Origin: Phoronis australis
Lineage: Eukaryota; Animalia; Phoronida
Reading direction: 5' to 3'
Assembly: GCA_002633005.1 (NCBI GenBank)
Contig: NMRA01000966.1
Coordinates: 22,810-86,809, forward strand
Length of the DNA stretch: 64,000 bases
Position 1 is the first letter of the stretch. Each line of letters opens with the position of its first letter. The position numbers and the translations under genes were made by a program. The notes below the pieces were generated by a model. That model saw nothing but the letters and a program-made list of their open reading frames with translations, was not told the origin of the DNA and did not search any database. Below are positions 1 to 12,798 of the stretch, in pieces.

Positions 1-164
1 ACCACCCGATTTAATTAGTCTTTTTTACCATCTTAATTGGTCTATATCCACATCGTCTCACACACAGTCGACCTTACCTTGCCAAGAGGTGTCGCGATAA
101 CCTGTAAGGAAGGTGAGAAATGACGCAGTGATGTAAGAGGTTCATCTGCAGAGTGAATGCCGCT

Positions 165-448
165 ATGTTGCGGTGCATCGTTCCCGCTTGCCCGAACTAT
201 GGAGCTGCGAGGAAAGCGGGCATATCGTTTTTTCGACTTCCTCGAGAACCCGAATTGCTTAGGAAGTGGCTCGCGGTAGTGAAGAATGAAAAGTATGCTG
301 TTAATAGCAAGTATGAGGCCATGAAACATCTCCGTGTCTGTGGCTGACATTTGGTCGACAGTGATTTCTCTGACGATTGCCGGGTTACCAAAGAACTATC
401 CATACGTTCCATTGCCTGTGCATGTTCATGGTTCCTTTCTATTATTTC
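165..448 (+). pseudogene. Decayed THAP (C2CH zinc finger) domain, copy A, probably transposon-derived
   Basis: MLRCIVPACPNY...GISFFRLPREPELLRKWLAVVKN...LRVCG*HLVDSDF matches the THAP signature (M-xx-C-xxxx-C..F..P..R.W..C-xx-H). In-frame TGA at 345-347; frameshifted VPSI-like box near 431-445. Confidence 0.75.
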
Positions 449-1316
449 TTGATCAGTGTATTCCAGTTCGAACTGATAGTCTGTGAAACCTAACGATCCA
501 CCTGTAAAGTCTTCGTCGGATGAGCTCTCGTCTAAGTCTGAGGATTACGAGTTGCAATGTTGACGTTCATTATTCTGCATTGAAATGAATTATTCTCACC
601 CTAACCAATGCTTATATGAAACTGAAACAAAGTCTGTCTCACTAGATACAATTTGTAATGTCTTTGGAGTATTTGTGAATGCAAATGTTTTGAGAAGCCA
701 GCAATGAATAAACCACCATACATTATTCAAATCATTGTTACTGTACAACTTTTGCCCTGACGGTTCTGTGGAAGGGGAACCTCAGTGATTTCGCGGCCCC
801 CGACAAGTATGTAGATTTTTAGTTTCATAACTAATTCACCAAAATAATTACGTGCACATTATTTCTTTCGCTCATTACTATAGTCTTTTCGTGACTAGAG
901 GTTTAGTTTCCAGCTAAAGCTCAGGTTTATGTTCGTGATGTCCATTCCCGCCGTTGGCCGCGACAAGCCTGATCGGGTTCCGAGCCACTCAGGCTAGGAT
1001 AACCAGCGTTTTGTGTGTTTAGAACTGAAAAAAGTCGCTAGTCTAAAATTACAACAGACAGCCTTATTTTCCTGTTTGTATTTCACGGAAGAATGATTCG
1101 AATTTATCACCAAACAAACCCAAACTACCGCGATCGACCATGGTAAATTGGGCTACCGAACTCTGTTGGCTGTGGTACGTTCAAATGCCTATAAATCCGT
1201 AACAGTGAAATAAAACAATGTATTTCTAAGGGTTTTACATCCAATTTTGATGATTTATTGGTGTAACATGATGAATTCAAGCAACAAGTTAACAGTAAGC
1301 ATGTTGTGAACGCCTG

Positions 1317-2226
1317 CCCATACCAAAAAAAAGCCTTCCTGCAAACACTTGCCGCAAGCTTGCCGCAAAGTTGCGGCAAGCGCCGCAAAGTTGCGGCAAG
1401 CTTGCTGCAAAAGTTTCTGCAAACCAGCCGCAAACACGTAGAATCAACTCTGACCAAAGAGTGGATGCAAATTTCCTGCAACCCAGCCGCAAACATTGCC
1501 GCAAACTTGCGGCAAGCATGCCGCAAACATGCAGCAAACTTTTACCATGCAAATGAAGTTAGCCGCAAGCTTGCAGCAAACATCTCTATGTCCTTATATG
1601 GAACAGTTCCTGCAACCCAGCTGCACACATTGCTGCAAGCTTGCCGCAAACATCTCTATGGATATGGAACAGTTCCTGCAACCCAGCCGCACACATTACT
1701 GCAAGCTTGCCGCAAACATCTTCATGGGGTTATATAGAAGTTTCTGCGAACCACCATAAAAAATATTGGATGCAAAACTACAACATACTTGAATTGTGGC
1801 ATGAATAATTTATTGTAGAAATGCCAGCTGACAAATACATAANAGTCGAACTTTTGCTCTTCTGCTCATGTATGAACAGACAGTTAAACTTGTGTTCAAT
1901 AGTTTGAGTGCAGACTGAGGATGCGTATGACTGAAGGTGATGGCAGCTAAAACACCTACCAGTAGTTAAATATACAATATGCTAATCTTATTTTGTGCCC
2001 AATAGTTACCATGCATTTAACCAAAATAGAAATTTGTTGTTCCTATTGTGAATCAAACAGTCAGAGAGCGATGTGAAAATTGACACAAACTTAAGTTTTA
2101 CAGTCTCAATTAAGTGATTATTTTGAAGGACTGGTTACATGTAACTTGACAATGTTTTGGAAACTAGTTGATTAGTGGTCTCAACCCTGCTGCAAGCTTG
2201 CGGCAAACATGGTCTTTTGGTATGGG
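1317..2226. mobile_element. Non-autonomous EnSpm/CACTA-like (CCC..GGG) DNA transposon with palindromic subterminal repeats
   Basis: TIR CCCATACCAAAA (1317) / TTTTGGTATGGG (ends 2226), flanked by TG on both sides (2-bp TSD). Many GCAAGCTTGC and TTGCCGCAA repeats; internal tandem unit of about 65-70 bp at 1576-1725. Confidence 0.7.
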
Positions 2227-3168
2227 TGAACAGACTGCGTTCAGACCGATTACGAATTATTGGTTAATTTCAACACCTCCGTCTGCCGTCAGGTGTCGGG
2301 TAAAACAACTGAACTTGCTGTTATAGAGTGGAAGTACTCGATCTAAATTGATACAAAAAAGGTTGTTTTTTGGGTGGCATTCTCCTTTAATGCATCATTA
2401 GAAGAGTTCATGTCATTTTTCAATCTACCTTGCCCCCTGGGGTCAGGGGGGACTTAGCTTTTTGAGTATTTGTCAAAGTCAAAGAGCATTTCTTGATGAT
2501 ATCTGGGTAACCGATGATTTCATTGAAACTTGACACAGAGGTAATGATGAGATTGCGCCGGCGCCTTGTGATTTTAAAGCAGATTCGACCACTGCAACGC
2601 TTCCTAGTAGCCATTGTGTGGGAGAGTGTTTCTAGATAATATGTTGAGAACAGAGTGAAGGATGTCAATGAAAGATTTGATTATAGCCATCTGGCGGCAT
2701 CATTAAATTCTCGGGAGCATTTGACCACTGTAGCACTAGTAGCTATAATTTTGTTTTCGACATCAGGCTTTTGAGGTGCTTGTTTGGAGGAATATTATAT
2801 CTAGGGAACTAATCAAGGAATTGAGATAAAACTTGGCTCAGAGGTATATGATGTCCATGCATCACAACCATTTCATTTTTGGGCCAGTTCGATCACTGTA
2901 GCATCTCAGTCCTCAGTGGCCATTTTGGAGTTGGGTATTTCCAAATGATAATAATGTAGATATATGATTGGTGTATTTAATGAAAGTTGACACTTTAAGT
3001 GAGGTAGTATGTGAAGTCTCTGTAATGACACCATTGAATTTTCAGGCACATTTGGCCACTGCAACACCTCGTAGTGGCCATTTTGTTCCCGACAAAGACA
3101 TTTGCAAGTATCTTTTGTGGTTAGAAGTGTTTCTGGATGGTATCTAGAGAACCAATTAAAGGAGAATG

Positions 3169-5218
3169 CCACCCGATTTAATTAGTCTTTTTACCGTCTT
3201 AATCAGTCTATATCCACATCACCTCGTATACGGTTAATCGTACCTCGCCGAGAGGTGTCGCGTTAACCTGTGAGGAAGGTAAGAAATGACACAGGGACGT
3301 CAGTGGTTCTTCTGCAGAGTGAGTGCCGCTATGGTGTGGTGTATCGTTCCCACTTGTGCGAACTATGAAGCTGCGAGAGAAACGGGTATATCATTTTTTT
3401 CGATTTACTCGAGAGTCCATAATTCTTCGGAAGTGGCTCGCAGTAGTGAAGAATGAAAAGTACGCCATTAATACCAAGTATGAGACCGGGAAACTTCTCA
3501 GTGGCCTGCATTTCGTCAGATCGGTAGTTAATCAGTTTTTGATTATGGGGAATTGTAGTTGGCCATGAAAACATAAACAATTACAATTAATTCAAGGCAT
3601 GAGAACATAACGGTTTATATAACCTGTTTGATGACTGATTCGTTCGTGAGGCTTCTGTTTGGTCCTCTGGGTGTTGGATGTTTTCGCTAGTTCTTTTTCT
3701 CAGCCCTAAAAAACGTCGTAATCCGATCGTATGTCTATGGAGATGCGGTGGAAAATCAGGATGGTCCGTGGGACACATCTGCACTTCTCCAAGAAGGCGT
3801 TTCACTTGCAGAATTTTGTGGCGGCAAATGCGTCAGTGGTTTCCATTAACATGCAGTTAGCTCACTAACACCATGACTAGTCATTCTAACGGTTTTCGGA
3901 ACCATGCGCTCACCCAGCCTAAAAAAATGGGGGGGCTCAAATTTTTGAGAATGTGTACCTTTTACTAATCCTTAGATATATGACTTGTGCATTTGCTGAA
4001 TTTTGGTAGTTCCTGGCTTTTTAGTGGACTTTTGTCTCGTGTTCTACTTTTTTCAGAGTTTTGTTTTTCAGAGGTGGGCCTTTTTGCCCTCTTCGCCCCC
4101 CTGGGTGCGTGCATAGGAACTATCCATATGTTCTGTAGTCTGTGCATGTTTACGGAGCCTCTCAATCATTTCTTGTATTCCGGTTCGAACTGATAGACTG
4201 TGAAACCTAATGATCGACCTGTGAAGTCTTCATTGGATTAGCGGTCGTCTAAGATTGCGAGTTTCCACGTTGACGTTTATTATTGTACGTTATGTTTCAA
4301 AATGAATTATTCTCACCCTAACCAATGCTTATATAAAACTGAGACAAATTGTCAAAGTCTGTCTCATTAGATACAATTTGTAGTGTCTTGGAGTGTTCGT
4401 GAGTGCAAATGTTTTGAAAAGCCTCAAGCAATGAATAAATCATTGCGTTACCAGCTTTAGATGCAATAAACTAATTGTCTGAGCACCAAGGCTGTGTGAG
4501 GGCATGCTAATTCAGTGTTTGCAGACAGAAAGCTGTTGTGAAACAGTAACTTGATTTTATATCCTATGGTCAGATGCTGGGGGAATCTCTGTTTAGATAT
4601 TCATATACATAATCGAATCATTGTTACTGTACAACTTTTACCGTGACGGTTCTGTTCCTGATGTCTTCAGTCGGCCGCAATGGGCCTCAGGTTCCGAACC
4701 ACAGGCCGGGATGACAAGCGTTTTGTGTGTTTAGAACTGAAAAAATCGCAAGTCTAAAGTTACAACACAGAGTAATATGTTCTTTTGTCTATATTTCACG
4801 GACAAATAATTTGAATACTGACCCCAAACTCCTGCGACCGACCTTGGTAAATTGGCCTACCGAACTCTGTAGGCTACGGTACGTTCAAGTCATAGGCAGA
4901 TTTGGGGGGGGGGCAGGCCCCCCCTTGGCTGCCGCAAAACAAAAACAGCAAGAGTGTGAGAAAATATTGAGCTTACTAATGAAATCCAGCAAATAACATA
5001 CGACTGGAACAAGATTTAACAATGTGTGCAGTTATTTTGAGTGTCCGAGTCAGGCCGGTTTCCGTTTTTTTGTTTGTTTTGTTTTGTCTTCTCTTTAAAT
5101 TTTAGCAAAATGTCCATATTCCCAGAATTTCAGGCCCCCCTTTATCGAATTTTGATGATTTATTGGTGTAAAATGATGAATTCAAGTGTTTAGCCGACAC
5201 CAGTAAGCATGTTGTGAA
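3169..5218 (+). repeat. Diverged second copy of segment 1-1310, with insertions at about 3520-4115, 4440-4610 and 4890-5148
   Basis: Collinear shared blocks, e.g. CCACCCGATTTAATTAGTC (2/3169), GTTCGAACTGATAG (466/4183), CAGTAAGCATGTTGTGAA (1293/5201). Confidence 0.85.
3331..3517 (+). pseudogene. Decayed THAP domain, copy B
   Basis: MVWCIVPTCANYEAARETGISF, then a frameshift in the T-run, then FRFTRESIILRKWLAVVKNEKYAINTKYETGKLLSGLHFV. Aligns by eye with copy A. Confidence 0.7.
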
Positions 5219-5925
5219 TCTTTGCATAGTGGTATGATATCTAGAGATTGATTGACAGATTTCATTGAAACTTGAGTTAGAGTTATATGATTACAGGCCC
5301 GTAGAAAGGAAAAAATTATTGGGGGGCTGACTTTGCCAACCTACCCCCCTTGCTATCGTCACCCGTCCTGCCCCCTCCCCCCATTCTCTGAATGTCATCA
5401 TATTTGTACCGACCCCCATCCCCCACACTCGCCATAGGTGTGGGGGTGCAACCAACAGGATTTGAGTAACCGTAAACCAACAAAGATTCACGAAGAGTGA
5501 GAATGGGTCTAGGCCCCAGCGCACTCAGACGGGTAGGTAGGAGCTGCCTGAAGTAACTATAGATGGGTCAAAGGTCAAGGTTCCGTTTATTATGATCCAG
5601 TTTCGGGAAAACTTCATTTTATTATGGCCATTCTTTGAAGTAATTTTTGGAAAGGCGATGTCCCGAGGTGCCAGTGAGATATGAGTGCCTTTGTGGCCGT
5701 TTCAGAATCCCTTGATGAAACACAGCCAGTTAAATACAGTTTCTGGTTGATAGGAGCAAACGATTCAGTTTTGAAGGACAAAAATTCATTGCGCAATACT
5801 ACTGGAAACCAAAAACATGAAGGAAGTTCAACCTTTCCAAGTTGATGACCAATATGTTTGATTTTATTTAAGAACTTTAACTTCGTTTTCAATTTACGGT
5901 TTGTAAACTTAAACCCAGTAATCTA

Positions 5926-8480
5926 CCGTAAACGTTCGGGTTAATGCCCATGCTCACTTAACCACCCATCCCTACGTTAGGTGGATTTTCGATTTAACCG
6001 CCCATTGCTCGGTTAAGCGCCCCTCTGCAATTTTTGAAGATTTCCGGTTAAGCGCCCACTTCTTGGTTAAGCGCTCACTTCTCGGTTAAGCGCCCATCCC
6101 CGACTTTTGAAGATTGATACGCGCGATTACCTATTTTTAGATAAAAATCTATGATAATAAAGAATGCAATGACAGAGTCGAAGACAGTGGTTTGGCTATG
6201 TGATTACAAGTAACAAATTATTGTCCCGGGTCATGGATTTGCTTCAAAATGTAATACCTTGAACGCTTTGTCACTTTATTTTCTTCCCATGTTCGCAAAA
6301 CTAAGAACTCGGCTTCAATACCTACAATTTCAGCGGTGCCATCTGCCGCGCTAAGTTTCCGTCTGCAGTGCTCTGGTTAAAACATATATTCAGAAAAATA
6401 AAGCCAAAGAAAAGTGACACTGGTCTTGCCAACACTCCTAATTCTCTTTAGGTGGGAAGCTCTCGGATTTTGAAGAATTCCCTTAACTTTGTGAATATTG
6501 TTTCTACCTGCCTTTTTAGCCCTCCCGAATAATTTTGTTTCTTCACTGGCTAGTTTCAACGGGAACAAAATCTTTCCCATTCGAGTTTGAAATATCTTCG
6601 ACGTATGAAAATTGACCTATCTCCAGGATTTTGATTGATGGCTTATCTGACCATTTAGAACGCAGCATTATTGACGCACCTTCGTTTCCAAGCCGCCGTT
6701 TTACCCGACAAACAACACGTTTCCGGGTAAAACTTGTTTGTTAGTCGACATTACACAAGGCGGCGGAGCTTGCGATAGGTCAATTGGCAGCAGAGGGAGG
6801 GGGTGAACCCCTGGGGCCTAGGGAACATCAAGCCGCGAATTATCAGAACTGAGACTTCGCGTCGCAGTTTTGGGGTACGTTGTTTTTTTTTAAAGAGCCT
6901 GAGGCCCAAGTTCAGTGTCAAATAAACACCCGGTCAGCTTAAACCTACAGTCGAACTGCTGTTGCTGTTTTCTTTTGATGTGTGACTTTTGTGTGGTGCG
7001 TGCGCGGAAGTTCCCATGCTCTGGAGTGCAAGTTACCTTGACTGCACATGTGATTTGACAGGTGACTCATATGCGCGTGCTCAACCCCGGAAAGAAGGTC
7101 TTGAGAATCTGTTTGCCGCTGTCTTTTGCTGTAAAAAACGTTGCGCATATTGAACAGGCCGATTACTTGCCGACATTTCCAAGTCGCGATCGTTTGCGGG
7201 GACATTTCGCGCAAACAGCGGGACCGAACAGTGTCGCAGTACGATATTGTAGGTTATGTAATAGGATAGTCTGGAAATCTTGCATTTAAAATAAAAATGT
7301 GTTTTTCCACCACAAAATTTGGTAAGTTGATCGTTTAACAATGAATAGAAACATCGATGTTTTGTGACTTTTTATCACATATGTATGTCGTGGCCCATAC
7401 ATTGCAAATTTCAGGTCGCATGTTACGACTAAATACAAGATGACCAAAATCTCGGCTACCATTTTCAAAAATTCAGGTCGCCAATGCGACCTGCAGCTCG
7501 TTATGCCTTAGCGCTGAGTCCTGTTTCCAACAACACCGACTCAGTAAGGAGGCTTTGCTCGTTGGAACAAACCACTGGAGCCGGTTACCCGAATAATGGG
7601 GGCTTCGTCTTTGAATTATTTTTACCGACTCCGGTACTTGTGTATGAACTATTAACTTCTTTCTCAGACTCTACCATATGGTTTCATTAGACTCATCCCA
7701 TTCATAGTGTTAGTATTTTTTAACATTAAAATCTTAAGCACTTTTTTGAGTAATGCCTTTGCGGTAACTTTTGATTGACGATTGGCTTATATCTGCCAAC
7801 CTCCGCCGGGCGGTCAAAATAAAACAGCTGTAGAACCTTACGTTGAAAATGTCATTGAATCACGGAGTCTCAACCATAAACATCCCAAACGCAAAAACAC
7901 CTGAATTAGTTTTTCAAACTTTAATTACAAATAATTTTAAACTGCTCTCTAACTCAGAACTTGACAACTAACTCGTGACTGCTGTAACCTGCGCAGCACG
8001 TGAAGCTTGCACGCGCACACTTTGCACTGTCACCACGTCAGTGAGGATAGTTACTATCCAAGTGGAGTGCTGCATAGTCGTCTGCGCTCTACAGGTACAG
8101 CTCTAACAAGACGGCAGAACAGCACGGGCTATTACTCAGCAATTTAAATTTGTAAATTTAACTGAAACAATTAATCTGAGGGCAACAGAACCTTTGTTGG
8201 GATCATCCGCTGTTATGGCATTTTTACCGTCATTTGGCGACGTGGCGAAAGCTCGGAAAAGTGCTATGCGTTCCAACTACGTGTGGGGACTGGGATCATG
8301 AGGTAAGATTAACCGCCCTAGGCAGTTGTCTGTCGTAATAAGTGCCCATGTTCGGTTAACCGCCCACCCCTGATTTCTTGAAATTTCATGTTTAAGCGCC
8401 CATGTCTGGTTAACCGCCCACCCCCAAATTTTTGGGTTTGCCAATTTAACCGCCCAGGGCGTTAACCCGAACGTTTACGG
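5926..8480. mobile_element. Non-autonomous Tc1/mariner (pogo/Tigger-like) DNA transposon, about 2.55 kb
   Basis: TA|CCGTAAACGTTCGGGTTAA ... TTAACCCGAACGTTTACGG|TA: perfect TIR with TA TSD. Repeated TTAA(G/C)CGCCC subterminal motifs at both ends. No intact transposase seen. Confidence 0.85.
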
Positions 8481-8499
8481 TAGTTCCTAAGCCAATAAA

Positions 8500-9152
8500 C
8501 AATTTATTTTCATTTGAATTTTGAGAACATTTTGGGACACATTGTTGAGCTGTCCGAAATTCATCAATTTTCTTGAGACTTATTTCAGATAGACAAAAAT
8601 CCTTTAGTGTACTTTTATAATTGGGGATCTGATGATAGATCGAATTTTCCCAATATCGGCCTGCAATTAAGTTCATTGAGGTATTGTCATTTCTTACAAG
8701 ATTAGCTTCTTATTGTCAAAAAAGTCATCTCTCAATCAGTCCACTTTCGTAGATACATAAACATGTAAATCAGAAATCAACAACCAAATCCATGAGCAAT
8801 GCGTTTACCTTGATTTAATGACTTAATTCCTTTTTGATCCCCTTTGACTGTAAACAACAGATCTAATGTATCGAAGTCAAAAAGCAATGCATTTATTGTC
8901 ATTTGAATTGTAATTATTTTTGGGAAGTGTCCAAATTTCATCACTGTTTTTGAGAGTTATTTTAGATAGGCAAAAAGCGTCCAAGTGCACTCTACTATTT
9001 GGGGCTTGGATTGTAGTTTTTTCATATTCAGGCTTCAACTAAATTCCCTGAATCGTCATCATTGTTTAAAAGGTTAGCTTCTAATTGCCAAAAATCACCT
9101 ATTAACCTGTCGATTTTCGAAGATACATAAACATGTAAATCAGAAACCAACG
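8500..9152. repeat. Diverged tandem duplication, period about 370-390 bp
   Basis: AGATACATAAACATGTAAATCAGAAA at about 8751 and 9121; ATTTATT.TCATTTGAATT at about 8502 and 8891. Confidence 0.7.
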
Positions 9153-12100
9153 AATTTGTTGATCAAAACGGAATGTGATAAGCAATTTCCGCAGGCATGC
9201 TCTCAGATTTTTTATGGGTAACCGGGGGAATGGGAGATTGGGTATTCATAGTACGGTGTACTTTTGCTCTTTCAGAGGTACCTATAACGGTTCACAAGTT
9301 TAACTTGACCTCAAAAAAACGCTGAAATATTTGTTTAATTTGTTTATTATTGCAAGTATTTGGGTACACTCGTTGGACATGTACACCCCAGTGGTAGCCT
9401 CTACAGCAGTGTTTTCCACATGTGGGAATTCCTTACAAACAACTCATTTAGTAACCATATTCAAAAGAGATATTCTTGTGATAATATAGGAAAGAGTAAC
9501 ATTATTTTATAACTAACTATCGGAAATAGTAATTTTTTGTAATTAACAAACAGCGGTCTTCACGTTCTTTACAATTCCTGACTCCCTTTTGATGGCGATC
9601 AATCCTATTGTATTTTTTCACATTTTTGGTTGTTTGGGTCGAATGTCTTGATACTTCTGTGCTGTGCACGAGTGTTTTGTTTTTTGGTGAATTTCGAATC
9701 ACAACTTCCCTCATGAACATTTGTAGTGTTGGATTAATATGTATAGACGGACAAAGGGACATTTCTCCGAACTCATGACTCCACCGAGAGAGGGTCCCAT
9801 CTGAAATTGGGGCACCTTAATCATGAAAAGCTAAACAGTATTAAGCTTGGAAAAGAGTGACAGTTCATTCCATCATCGTGTGGTCAGACGACGGTGCAGG
9901 AAGTGACCTGCTTCAGCATGAAAGTTGGTTGCATGCACAATGTCACAAAAAAGGAAAATATACGTAATCGAGTCCAACATTGGGTCCTCTCTCCGTGAGC
10001 GTACCCTATAAGAATTTGTCAATAGAAACATAAAAACTGTGGCCACTTGAATGTCATCAATGGCCTCCTTCAGACGTAGGGCCCCTCTATGTGAACATAT
10101 CTACATTTTCAAAAATCAAGAAATGTGCAGCAATTGGTGATATCTGTCAGGTCATCGATATACAATTTGAGAAAAAACCAACACTTGTCTCCGTTATCCC
10201 TTTCCAGAGAGGGATCCTCTGGAAAAATATGGTTTTGCAATCGCAAAATTGACTTATTGAATTTAAAAATCCAGTAAATTAATACGCTCCGATTTTTCGA
10301 AATATATGCATGAATCATTACGTGCATGTTTCCAAGTGCATTTAGACGACCTGTGCTGTGAAAGCGGAGACCCCCAACAACAATGTCCTGGCCAGGGTCC
10401 TCAAAAGGTAAACCATGCAGTGATACAGAGTTGTTAAATGTTGTCTTGACTTTTCTCTCTTATCTGCATTTAGCAGTCTTTCTTTTCTCGACTGTCCCCG
10501 CCCCACGCGTTTGTCAGTTGCCACGGTTTAACCCTGAAAATTTTTGGGGGGGCCTGTGCCTCCCCAGCCCCCCCCCCACCCCCCGCTTCCTACGGCCCTG
10601 GATTAGAATGCACCAGCACTATTTGATTTTCGGGCTGATTTGACTTACACTGCAGCACTTCCCAGTGGCAATGCACCATGGGTGCAATTGAATGCCCTCG
10701 CTTTGCTCTTCTTGTTCAGGCGTAGCTCACCTGAGTACAGCAATATTCTAAATAAATTCTACAAATTAGCAAATTACTGGGATTTCATGTAAGAATTAAT
10801 TTGTTAGTAGCATCAAGTATAATTATTCTATTAATTGGCCCCATAGCCGTTTCATTCTTTCAATGATAGATGTAATAAAGTTGCTGCTCTTTTGACAGAA
10901 AGTGCAAAAGTTGCTTATGAGTTGTTCAGCTGAGAGAGATAGGCAGAATCGCGCTGTTTAAAATCGCTCTGTTTGAAATCGCTCAGAGAAGTGTCGTTGA
11001 TTAGTGTGTACATGAACTCAATCAGGCGTTGCCACTCAGAGAACATGACACACAGATAAATTGTGGTCATTTTATCTAATATTGAGACTAAGTGATGACT
11101 GCCTTCATGACTCTGGGGGATTGCTTGACCACAAAAACAATGTGTAAAAAGTTGCTTTTGACTGTGTTTTTATGCCTTGCGTGATGCATTGTATAACACC
11201 GGTTGTTCTTGGAGAAATTCAAAAGATTTCTCAAAATCGATCCTTATCTCGTTGAAAGGGGTTGTTTACTGCATGCTTGTTTATTTGTTTCAACACTGTG
11301 GCATGTTGACTGACTCGCAAACAAAAGCAAATGGTGACTGAACTTATCACAACCGAGGTAGAACAATGACTGACTCGACAGCTCCCACAGTCAGACTATA
11401 TGAAAAGAAATTGGCGCTAAATTCTTGCCTCCCAAAACGTCATTTCTGGAGTAGAGAACGAATAATTAATTAAATTACGAAAAGCTATAATTAAGTGAAA
11501 AATATGTCTGGGATAATCCACGAACCTTATTTTTGCTAAAAATGTCACGAAAAAAGGTTGCCTTTGCCGTAAAGGATAATCTTGGTGTAGCAAGTCTGTA
11601 AATAGCCGTGGTGCAAAGCTGTATACTAAATATACATATATCAATATAATAGTAATACAGTATAATATGCTGATTTTGTATATTATATAATTGTATATGT
11701 ATTTTGACGATACTCTTCATACAGCTTGCTCAGGCTGTCTGTAAATGCATATTCTTATGGCAAGGATACTGATGTGTGTCTGAGTAGCAGACAAGAATTT
11801 GTAGGCTGAGGCCATTTCTGGAAGTGTGGCACCATATTTGTTGTGGGGGAATGGCATGGTACTCTGAACATCATGTGATGTTTGGGATCGGAATTTTTAA
11901 CCCATACCACAATGCATTTGCTGTTATGAGCAGTTCAGTCGTTTGGTAACTATAGGGAACAGAGATGTCCTGACAGCAGATCTACCTAGACTTTGTGATG
12001 CCGTACAATGATAGGTTGACATAGCTTGAGCTGGATAATTAACAGTAAAATCTCACCAATTTAGGACGCAATATGGCCGACAAGTAAAATTCCATTTTAT

Positions 12101-12706
12101 CAGTTTTCCATGCAACATATGCAGCTCCAGTTTAAGTATTTATCTATGTTCATGTTTTGTACCATGCAGACAAAAATAAAAAGTGAATTTTCTGGCAATT
12201 ATTTATGTCCAAAATTGGTAAGATTGTATCATAATAAGGGTAAGTCACTTTCAAGGGTTGCGGCATTTTGAGAAGTTATAGTTTGACACCCATTATTCAG
12301 GGGAGAAAACTTGTTCTCAAAATGCGGGGACCCTGTGGGTGACTGTTGTAAGAATAACATTCAGTGCGTACAGCTTAATAAAAGAGTCTTTGGAAAAGCA
12401 ATGCAAGCCTGTGCTGGCTTTGGAAATACAATTGAATACCAGACTGGCAGTGGTGAACAGTGGAGTTGCTGGGTAAATGCCAGGTGGATCAGTGCAGCAT
12501 TGTGGGTAAATAGTGATGGACTTCAATAGTGGTGCTGTTTTTTAAAACAAGAATGTTTACATGTTCAAGGAGTATGAAGTTTTCGTTCATTAACTGCCAT
12601 TCATAATTTTTGCTTTCATAATTACAGTGCTTTTTAGGACAATCGTTGTTCATGAAACCGATATTTGATCATTTGTTCTGATCTCATGGTTATGTTCTTT
12701 TTCCAG

Positions 12707-12798
12707 GGCCAAAAGCTCGGAATCACCAGTACTCATGTGTCTGCCTCCATGGCGACCGCAAACCATACGAGAGAAAGGAAAATTTGGAGAAATTTAAG
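12707..12798 (+). CDS. DDX1: DDX1 exon ([31 protein letters not shown])
   Basis: ttccag acceptor, |gtgatg donor; 92 nt. Confidence 0.93.

Noticed and set aside
1125-1759. Overlapping ORFs up to 143 aa on both strands
   Set aside because: Products of stop-poor GCAAGCTTGC repeats in a non-autonomous transposon; repetitive peptides with no recognisable domain.
12311-12529. Cys/Trp-rich 72-aa ORF before the DDX1 exon
   Set aside because: Non-ATG start, no DDX1 similarity and no convincing splice sites.
1-12706. Additional upstream DDX1 exons
   Set aside because: No segment encoding the expected preceding motif IV region (AIIFCRTK.DCD.LE) was found by eye. A small exon could have been missed; spliced alignment would settle it.
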